Below, piece after piece: positions 57,624 to 64,000 of a stretch of 64,000 nt of DNA (position 1 is its first letter; each line of letters opens with the position of its first letter). A program made the position numbers and the translations under genes. The stretch lies in contig JAZOLO010000008.1 in assembly GCA_045653035.1 (NCBI GenBank), forward strand, positions 73,067-137,066, written 5' to 3'. Below the pieces are notes generated by a model that made no database searches, had not been told where the DNA came from, and saw only the letters and a list, made by a program, of their open reading frames with translations. Source of the stretch: Eubacteriales bacterium (GTDB lineage Bacteria; Bacillota; Clostridia; Oscillospirales; SIG627).

Positions 57624-57808
57624 ATGAATTGACAACTCCGTTGTCATGAATTGGTGTCTCGCCATGAATTGTTGTAAGCAACATGAATTGAATTGCCTTT
57701 AAAATGCACGAAGTGCAATTCATGAGCCACAAGGCTCAATTCATGAAATCGCAGATTTCAATTCACGCCGTCAGGCAATTCATTGATTTCAAGCTTCGCT
57801 TGAAATCA
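57624..57808 (-). repeat. Hairpin ladder 2: ATGAATT x4, central stem-loop, AATTCAT/C x4, separated by unrelated short hairpins; terminal 11 bp-arm palindrome
   Basis: Plus-strand 7-mers lie at 57624, 57646, 57664 and 57683. Their complements lie at 57717, 57738, 57760 and 57777. Hairpins such as gacaac-tcc-gttgtc, gttg-taag-caac, gagcc-acaa-ggctc and gaaatc-gca-gatttc sit between them. The palindrome tgatttcaagc-ttc-gcttgaaatca spans 57784-57808. Confidence 0.85.
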
Positions 57809-57836
57809 TTGTAGCACATTTAATCAAAATTTGCAA
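57808..57836 (-). promoter_or_regulatory. Promoter reading into ladder 2 and the four-helix-bundle gene
   Basis: TTGCAA-N17-TACAAT with an upstream TG, on the minus strand. The -10 abuts the terminal palindrome. Confidence 0.5.
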
Positions 57837-57840
57837 CTAA

Positions 57841-57866
57841 AAGAAAAACCGCCCAAAGGCGGTTTC
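57841..57866 (-). terminator. Intrinsic terminator after the LOG-family gene
   Basis: aaaccgcc-N4-ggcggttt followed by TTCTTTT on the minus strand. Confidence 0.85.
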
Positions 57867-57868
57867 CT

Positions 57869-58447
57869 CTATTTCTTAAGTTCATCAACGGTGAGAGTAG
57901 TTCCTTTATCATTTTCAATAAAGTCGAGAAGCTCATCGGCATCATCGAAAACAGAATAAAGAGTATTCACTGCCTCGTTTATAAACTTCTTGCCGATTGA
58001 GTGTTCCATCATTTCAAGAAGCTCGACATAATAGTTATTATAGTTAAAAACGGCAATAGGCTTTTTTAGCTGTTCTAGCTGTTTTAAGGTGAGAATTTCA
58101 AAAAATTCTTCAAAGGTACCTATACCGCCCGGTGTCATAATAAAGGCATCTGACAAATCCTCCATGTTTTGCTTTCTTTCACGCATGGTCTCGGTATATA
58201 TTACCTCATCGCAATGGTCTGCCACAATTTCAACATTCTTATCAAGAAAGAAGGTTGGAATTACGCCTATAACCTTTCCTCCACCATCAGACACGCCCTT
58301 TGCAACAGCACCCATGAGTCCTGTGCCTCCTGCACCGAATACAAGGTCGTGACCTCTTTCTGCTATCTTAAAGCCCAGTTCTTCGGTAGCTGTGATGAAG
58401 CTTTTGTCTATTTTACTACTTGCACCGCCATATACACATATTTTCAT
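57869..58447 (-). CDS. LOG-family protein (TIGR00730-type nucleotide phosphoribohydrolase, often misnamed lysine decarboxylase)
   Basis: GAGGTGLMG and PGGIGTFEE motifs are present. Confidence 0.8.
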   Translation of the reverse strand: MKICVYGGASSKIDKSFITATEELGFKIAERGHDLVFGAGGTGLMGAVAKGVSDGGGKVIGVIPTFFLDKNVEIVADHCDEVIYTETMRERKQNMEDLSDAFIMTPGGIGTFEEFFEILTLKQLEQLKKPIAVFNYNNYYVELLEMMEHSIGKKFINEAVNTLYSVFDDADELLDFIENDKGTTLTVDELKK

Positions 58448-58604
58448 ATTTGTTCCCTCCGTTATAACTATATTATGTCAAAAAGCTACGTTTGTTAACA
58501 GTTAAAGTCGTATTTGAATAAGTATTTCTATTTATTTATTTTATCACATTACTCTTTTTTAGTCAACAAAATTTCTTCTGTCAATTTACTTTTTCTATTA
58601 CAAT

Positions 58605-58633
58605 AAAAAAATCACTCTTTCGAGTGATTTTTT
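58605..58633 (-). terminator. Intrinsic terminator after the symporter gene
   Basis: aaaaaaatcactc-N4-gagtgatttttt. Confidence 0.85.
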
Positions 58634-58637
58634 ATCT

Positions 58638-60044
58638 TTATTTCTTTGCAGCTTTTTTTACTAAATTACAAAGTGCTATAAGACCGATAACGTTGGGAAG
58701 TACCATGAGGTAGTTGAAGAAGTCGGTAAGCTCCCATACAAGGTCGTTCTTAAGAGTTGTTCCAAGGAAGATAAATACAATTGCTACGATTGAGTAAATA
58801 ACTGTTGCAGCCTTTGAGTTCTTGAAGAGGTACTGAACGTTTATCTTACCAAAGAAGTTCCAGCTAAGAATTGTGGAATAAGCAAAGAAGAGAAGACAAA
58901 TTGCAACAAATACACTGCCTATAGCATCGGGCACGACTGTACCGTAAGCCATCTGCATAGCGTTTGTCTTCATGATACCCTGTTCAGCAATAGCCGCAGC
59001 ATAATCAGAGCTTGCAAGAAGTCCGCCCTCTCCAACGTAAAGTGTGGAGATAACAACGAGTGCGGTCATTGTAAGAACTATGAAGGTGTCGATGAATACA
59101 CCGATCATAGCAACAACGCCCTGGTCGTGAGGCTTCTCAACGTTTGCCTGCGCGTGAGCATGAGGTGTTGAACCCATACCTGCTTCGTTAGAGAAAAGAC
59201 CTCTCTTTGCACCCTGACTGATTGCAGTCTTAAGAGCGTAGCCTATACCACCACCGATAAGAGCATCGGGAGTGAATGCATACTTAAAGATTGCACCGAT
59301 GGTTGCTGGGAGATACTGAATACGGCAAGCAAGAATAACGATACCGCCCACAAGGAAAAGACCTGCCATGAAAGGAACCATCTTTTCTGTGACGGATGCA
59401 ATTCTCTGTATACCGCCTATAAAGATGATAGCTGAAACTACCGCAAGAATAACACCTATAATCCAGCCCCATGCAGTATAATCAACCTTTGCGGCAGAGC
59501 AAATTGCCTCTGCAATTGAGTTGGACTGTACCATTGAACCCATAAAGCCGAGAGCAAGGATAGCGGCAATAGAGAAGAACACTGCAAGGAATTTACCAAA
59601 TCCGCCTGTAAATGCTTTCTTTATGTAGTAAACGGGACCGCCGTGTACTTCACCGTTTTCATCAACTGCTCTTGTTTCCTGTGCAAGTACTGCCTCGGCA
59701 TAGATTGTTGCCATACCAAGGAAAGCTATAACCCACATCCAGAAGATTGCACCGGGACCACCGATTAGGATTGCACCTGACGCACCAACGATGTTACCTG
59801 TTCCTACCTGTGCGGCAATTGCAGTAGCGAGTGCCTGGAAGGAGCTGAGTCCTCCCGCCTGCTTTCCGCCCGAAAGCTTGAAGTTGCCAAATACCTTTTT
59901 CATTCCTTCGCCAAAGCAGCGAAGCTGAACGAAGCGTGTTTTAATCGAAAACAGAAGACCTGTACCTACGAGAAGGATTATAAGGATATAATCCGACAGG
60001 TAGGCGTTTGCTGCTGCTACGATTTCAAGAATTTTGTCTTGCAT
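58638..60044 (-). CDS. Alanine/glycine:cation symporter (AGCS family)
   Basis: It shows an AGCS-type N-terminus and topology, and it sits downstream of a glycine riboswitch. Confidence 0.85.
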   Translation of the reverse strand: MQDKILEIVAAANAYLSDYILIILLVGTGLLFSIKTRFVQLRCFGEGMKKVFGNFKLSGGKQAGGLSSFQALATAIAAQVGTGNIVGASGAILIGGPGAIFWMWVIAFLGMATIYAEAVLAQETRAVDENGEVHGGPVYYIKKAFTGGFGKFLAVFFSIAAILALGFMGSMVQSNSIAEAICSAAKVDYTAWGWIIGVILAVVSAIIFIGGIQRIASVTEKMVPFMAGLFLVGGIVILACRIQYLPATIGAIFKYAFTPDALIGGGIGYALKTAISQGAKRGLFSNEAGMGSTPHAHAQANVEKPHDQGVVAMIGVFIDTFIVLTMTALVVISTLYVGEGGLLASSDYAAAIAEQGIMKTNAMQMAYGTVVPDAIGSVFVAICLLFFAYSTILSWNFFGKINVQYLFKNSKAATVIYSIVAIVFIFLGTTLKNDLVWELTDFFNYLMVLPNVIGLIALCNLVKKAAKK

Positions 60045-60060
60045 GATAAGACCTCCTAAA

Positions 60061-60262
60061 AATAAAAAAAGTTACTGTAAAAGTAACTCCGGAAAAAATA
60101 CACAATACACACCATTTGTGGCTTGTGTTAACTCTATCCTTTTGCCTGAGAGATTCGGCTTACAGCCTTGCACCTTCGGCACTCAAATGAATGAGATTCT
60201 CCAGAGTTCCCTGATTTTACGGTTCTTTCGTTCCGCAAAACTTCAGCGGGTATTTAATTTAC
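60061..60262 (-). promoter_or_regulatory. Glycine riboswitch leader (one clear aptamer) with terminator
   Basis: The minus strand reads CTCTGGAGAATCTC..GTGCCGAAGGTGCAAGGC..CTCTCAGGCAAAAGGATAGAG (about 60133-60212). This is followed by the terminator AGTTACTTTTACAGTAACT+TTTTTTATTTTT. Confidence 0.8.
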
Positions 60263-60268
60263 TCATGC

Positions 60269-60297
60269 ATTATAACATACCTTTTTACAAAAAGCAA
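60269..60297 (-). promoter_or_regulatory. Promoter of the glycine riboswitch leader
   Basis: TTGCTT-N17-TATAAT on the minus strand. Confidence 0.5.
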
Positions 60298-60317
60298 TAG
60301 TTTTTTAGAAAAATAGC

Positions 60318-60344
60318 AAAAGAGCTCAAAAAATGAGCTCTTTT
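60318..60344 (-). terminator. Intrinsic terminator after the serpin gene
   Basis: aaaagagctca-N5-tgagctctttt. Confidence 0.8.
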
Positions 60345-60354
60345 GTATAAATAT

Positions 60355-61647
60355 TTAGTCAACATTAAGTACAGTACCCATAAATAGCGGTGCATTTGAT
60401 TCGTTTTCTATAATCATAAACACGAAGGGACGGTTTGCAATAACCTTTTTTGTGTCGATTATTTCCATCGCAGATTCGCACTTGACGTTCACCACGGTCA
60501 CTGCTGCAGCTTTTGTTCCCTTTTCAGCTACCTCTATAAAGGTCTTATGAATGACGTCGGACACATAGAGATTACCAAGGCTTGACGTGCCGATTTCTGA
60601 CAGGTCAGAGACACTTGAATCAAAAGCATCGGTGAGAAGAAGCTCCTGTAATACTTCCTTGAGAGACTTGTCATACTCAAAGGTGAATTTTGGCATTACT
60701 GTATCAACGCTTGTGGTCTCGGCATTTTCCAAAAGTGCTTGTATCTTATCCCCCGTAAGAGAGGATACGTACGAGTCGATATCATCTTCTTTTGGAAGGA
60801 GCAAGACGAAGCTGTATTCGTCACCAATATAAGGCTTTACAAAGCCTGTGCTGTTTTCGTCCTCAAGATATTTGTTTTCGGTGGATACAAGACCCGTGGT
60901 CTGAACACTTTCACCGTCTTTGTTTATAAATCTGAAGTATTCGTTGGTATCGGTATATTTGCTTTTCCAATCCGCTTCAAAGGACAAAGCGTTTATGAGA
61001 TACATTACAGTCATGGGGTCGATTTCGTTTATTACCTCTTTTATCATTCCATCTGTTTCGTCCTTGACCCATTTATTTATATCTCTCACCGTTGACTTAT
61101 TAAAGGGCGATAAAAAAACGTCTGCATCGAAGTAATCGTCGCAAAAATCAAGAAATGATTTTTTAACGGTTATCATATCCTTGTTATCTCTTATCCAAAC
61201 GGAATTTGCAACGTTGATGTCGTTCTTTTCGCTTTCGTCAAATCTTTCAGAGATAGCTTTATAAAAGTTATTCATCTCCAACATGGGCACTCCCCTGCCG
61301 AGAAGTGCTTCAAACTGACCAAGGGTATTTCCTCCGCTTCCGCCTGCGGTCATGGCAAGGGCAATAGATACGCTTATGGGAGAAATGAGTGTATTCTTAT
61401 CTGTTTCATAGGTGTTTTTAAAAAGCTCTGCTCCAAATTCTAAGAGTGCTTCCTCGGGAGTTTCTGCCGTTCCCGTGGCAGGCTCACTCTTTACAGGCTT
61501 GGGTTCATTTTCTTTTACGTCTTCTATAACGCCCGATAGGTTTTTACCGTTTCTCAATTCATCAGTAAGGTTTGTTGAGACGGGTGAACATGCTGCAAAT
61601 ATGAGTACAAGGGAAAGAATCAATATGCAAGAAATTATTCTTTTCAT
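60355..61647 (-). CDS. Serpin-family protease inhibitor, predicted lipoprotein
   Basis: A lipobox-like LIFAAC is present. The inhibitory-type hinge EKGTKAAAVTVV is followed by ..RPFVFMI. Confidence 0.8.
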   Translation of the reverse strand: MKRIISCILILSLVLIFAACSPVSTNLTDELRNGKNLSGVIEDVKENEPKPVKSEPATGTAETPEEALLEFGAELFKNTYETDKNTLISPISVSIALAMTAGGSGGNTLGQFEALLGRGVPMLEMNNFYKAISERFDESEKNDINVANSVWIRDNKDMITVKKSFLDFCDDYFDADVFLSPFNKSTVRDINKWVKDETDGMIKEVINEIDPMTVMYLINALSFEADWKSKYTDTNEYFRFINKDGESVQTTGLVSTENKYLEDENSTGFVKPYIGDEYSFVLLLPKEDDIDSYVSSLTGDKIQALLENAETTSVDTVMPKFTFEYDKSLKEVLQELLLTDAFDSSVSDLSEIGTSSLGNLYVSDVIHKTFIEVAEKGTKAAAVTVVNVKCESAMEIIDTKKVIANRPFVFMIIENESNAPLFMGTVLNVD

Positions 61648-61700
61648 AGCTTACCTCCTTATCATTTGTTTTTTAGACAGTAAGTTAAGAAAAAAGTTCC

Positions 61701-61731
61701 AAAAAAATGCACCTCTTCTACAGAGGTGCAT
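61701..61731 (-). terminator. Intrinsic terminator after the LRR protein gene
   Basis: atgcacctct-N5-agaggtgcat followed by TTTTTTT on the minus strand. Confidence 0.8.
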
Positions 61732-61741
61732 AATTTTTTAT

Positions 61742-64000
61742 TTACCAGATTTGATAGCTCGATTCGTTATCTTCGGGGAGAATGGGTGCAGCGTTAATAA
61801 GCTTGAAGTAATCTCTTGATTCAACGTAATAATTATACAAAGCTTTTACTAAAAGAGCAAGAGGTCTTTCAAAAGAAAGATTGTCTTCAATTACCTTCTT
61901 CACGTAGCTAAGAGGTCCGTATACAAACTTTGCTGACTGAACGCCATCAGAAACAGTAACAACTCTCATTTCGCCAAGCTTATGGGCAAGGATGTTCTCT
62001 ACGTCAACATAGTAGTAGGAGCCCTTCTGTACGGGTGTAAGAGGTGTGGTTCCGTCTACGGTGAAGGTGTAATCCTCAATTGAAGCTCCCTCTTCAAGCT
62101 TGAAGTAATGTCTGAGCGTTGTGTTACTTTCAAGAAGAAGGCTGGAGCTGTAGATACTGATACCACTCACAGAACCTACCTTTACTGGAGAGTATCCTGA
62201 AGAGATGCTGATTTCTGCATCTGAAAGGTCAGGGGCAGGAGTTATATCAGCTCCTGTGAAGTAAGCTCTTGAATATTCACCATAATTGTACATTGCATTG
62301 ATAAGGTTTATTGAATCTGCAAAAAGAGCACTGTTATTGTTTATATAGTCAACATAGGTCTTAACACTTACAGTTTCAGTTTCTGTTGTGTCTGACAATT
62401 CAATGGTAAAGGTTATGCTCTCATGCATTTCCTTTGCGGAAACGTAGAACTTTGCATAATAAAGAGATCTGTCGGCTTTATCTCCTGCATTCACAAGAGT
62501 AATGGGATAATTTTTTCCCTTATAGGTTACCGTTGATACGATATCGTCAAAGTTTAGTATAGCAAAGGGTGTAAGCTTTACGTATGCCTTGATACCAATG
62601 CTTCCCTCAAGAATTAGGCTATATTTTGTTATGAAAAGGTTATCGACTATATTTGCCTTGAAGTATGATTTTAGAGAGCCGAGATATACGGAAACGTTGG
62701 CATTGTCACCTGATACATTAGGAGGATTAGAGCCGAGTCTTATAAGAGGCATTACGTCAAGCGCTCCGCTTACTGCGGTAAAGCCTGTAAGGTCAATCAT
62801 GTCTCCCGTCTGATATTCATTATCGGTAGGAGTAACTGTAAATGTATTATTAAGGAAGGTTACCGTGGTGAAACAGTCATTTCCTTCAACCTCTGACCAC
62901 TCGGAAGACGTTCCTATATAATAAACATTATTTACTGTATCAAATGAGTTTGCAGCAATGCTTTTTACTGTTTTGTCAAGAATAAGAGTATCAATTTCAA
63001 CTCCGCTAAACGCATTTGCCAAAACATTTTCTCCTACAAGGATAGTACGAAGTGTTTCGGGAACGGCTGTTTGATTGTCGAAAGCAGAAGTTGCACCAAA
63101 AACATATCCTACGAAAGGATAGCTTCCGTCAGCTTTTTCTCCTGCAAAGGGAAGTACTATGTTTTCAAGGTTGTTACATCCGCCAAATGCACCAAATCCT
63201 ATAGATACTACTGTGTGAGGAATTGCTATATTCTGAAGTTCTGTACATCCACGGAAAGCGTAGTCACCAATGGTGCAAATAGAATCAGGAATAAATATTT
63301 CCTTGAGATTTGCACACCCATCAAAGGTTTTATATCCAATAGCCTTTATTCCTGTGCTTATACCAACGGTTTTAAGTGAAGTACATCCGCGGAAGGCGTT
63401 GTATCCAAGACTCTTAAGTGTAAAAGGAAGAACAATGTGCTGAAGTGAAGTAGCTCCTCTGAATGCACCATTACCGATATATTCAACTGAGTTACCCATA
63501 TTAACAATTGAAAGTCCTTTGCAGTTTTTAAAGGCAAGAGATCCGATGTATTCTGTACTGAAAGGAATGTCTACACTATAAAGTGCGGAGCATCCGTTAA
63601 AAGCACTGTCTCCGATAACCTTAAGTCCTTCAGGTAAAACTACCGTAGCAAGAACTTTGCAGTTAGCAAAAGCAAGAGGTGCTATAATCTGTGTGTTGGG
63701 GTTAAGAGTACATGAAGTAATTTCGGTATTACTTGCAGATACTAGAATCATGTGAGGATTTGTGTCTGAACCTATATATTTTGCTTTGTCATATTCTATA
63801 GTATTGAGAGGACAGCCTGCGAAAGCAAGAACACCCACTTTCTCCGGAGTAGAATTGAATTCAACGTCAGTAAGAGACTCACAATCAGCAAAAGCAGAGT
63901 TTCCAATGTACTTTACATGAAGTCCGAATTCAACACTTTCAATAGAATCGCAGTTTCTGAAAGCACCATCTCCAATAGAAATTACAGAATCGGGAATAGT
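61742..64000 (-). CDS. Large surface protein with BspA-type leucine-rich repeats; 5' end lies outside the window
   Basis: There are many ~23 aa repeats of the form IP.SV..IG..AF..C..L. The frame stays open upstream of the ORF-track Met to the window edge (..TIPDSVISIGDGAFRNCDSIESVEF..). Confidence 0.8.
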   Translation of the reverse strand, partial: TIPDSVISIGDGAFRNCDSIESVEFGLHVKYIGNSAFADCESLTDVEFNSTPEKVGVLAFAGCPLNTIEYDKAKYIGSDTNPHMILVSASNTEITSCTLNPNTQIIAPLAFANCKVLATVVLPEGLKVIGDSAFNGCSALYSVDIPFSTEYIGSLAFKNCKGLSIVNMGNSVEYIGNGAFRGATSLQHIVLPFTLKSLGYNAFRGCTSLKTVGISTGIKAIGYKTFDGCANLKEIFIPDSICTIGDYAFRGCTELQNIAIPHTVVSIGFGAFGGCNNLENIVLPFAGEKADGSYPFVGYVFGATSAFDNQTAVPETLRTILVGENVLANAFSGVEIDTLILDKTVKSIAANSFDTVNNVYYIGTSSEWSEVEGNDCFTTVTFLNNTFTVTPTDNEYQTGDMIDLTGFTAVSGALDVMPLIRLGSNPPNVSGDNANVSVYLGSLKSYFKANIVDNLFITKYSLILEGSIGIKAYVKLTPFAILNFDDIVSTVTYKGKNYPITLVNAGDKADRSLYYAKFYVSAKEMHESITFTIELSDTTETETVSVKTYVDYINNNSALFADSINLINAMYNYGEYSRAYFTGADITPAPDLSDAEISISSGYSPVKVGSVSGISIYSSSLLLESNTTLRHYFKLEEGASIEDYTFTVDGTTPLTPVQKGSYYYVDVENILAHKLGEMRVVTVSDGVQSAKFVYGPLSYVKKVIEDNLSFERPLALLVKALYNYYVESRDYFKLINAAPILPEDNESSYQIW

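Noticed and set aside
53119-57836. Diversity-generating retroelement, suggested by the Avd-like four-helix-bundle genes
   Set aside because: No reverse transcriptase gene and no template/variable repeat pair are visible anywhere in the window.

Overview
This 64 kb window looks like a chromosomal segment of a medium-GC Clostridia-type Firmicute. Supporting signs are an SLH-domain wall protein, SpoVD/SpoVE-type division genes, and T-box, L-box and glycine-riboswitch leaders; the taxonomic guess is inference only. Most of the window is core metabolism and envelope biogenesis. (1) 1-8.8 kb holds a complete methylaspartate pathway for glutamate fermentation: citramalate/citrate-lyase-like subunits, two-subunit Fe-S hydratase (mesaconase type), GntR regulator, glutamate mutase S/L/E and methylaspartate ammonia-lyase. 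(2) An orphan trpB sits behind a Trp T-box, and an NhaC-family transporter sits behind a lysine riboswitch. (3) Housekeeping genes follow: DUF1846, an M29 aminopeptidase, an EF-G paralog, gpmI, RluA, a PfkB kinase, a DD-carboxypeptidase and rpmB. (4) A tightly coupled ABC-DUF1854-ABC operon encodes half-transporters with unusual N-terminal cytoplasmic extensions. (5) A dcw cluster runs mraZ-rsmH-ftsL-pbp-murE-murF-mraY-ftsW-murG-ftsQ-ftsZ, with no murD or ftsA inside it. (6) Next come coaD/rsmD, gdhA, an aminotransferase, a class II aldolase, YitT and feoA-feoB plus a small Cys-rich gene, with non-Fur palindromic operators. (7) An accessory-looking stretch at 53.1-57.8 kb holds tRNA-Thr/tRNA-Tyr, a Zn-ribbon membrane protein, an alpha/beta-hydrolase::HxxxD-acyltransferase fusion and a gene with an in-frame TGA. 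(8) Then come a LOG-family protein, a glycine-riboswitch-controlled alanine/glycine symporter, a lipoprotein serpin and a BspA-type LRR surface protein that runs off the window. The most unusual signal is in the accessory stretch. It is bracketed by two paralogous four-helix-bundle (23S-IVS/Avd-like) genes. Each gene is preceded by a ~170-190 nt ladder of a 7-mer repeated four times, the reverse complement of that 7-mer repeated about four times, and unrelated short hairpins in between. I could not assign this ladder to any element I know. No CRISPR array, integrase, transposase or recognisable defence system was seen. All protein calls rest on recalled family motifs and gene context; no database search was possible.
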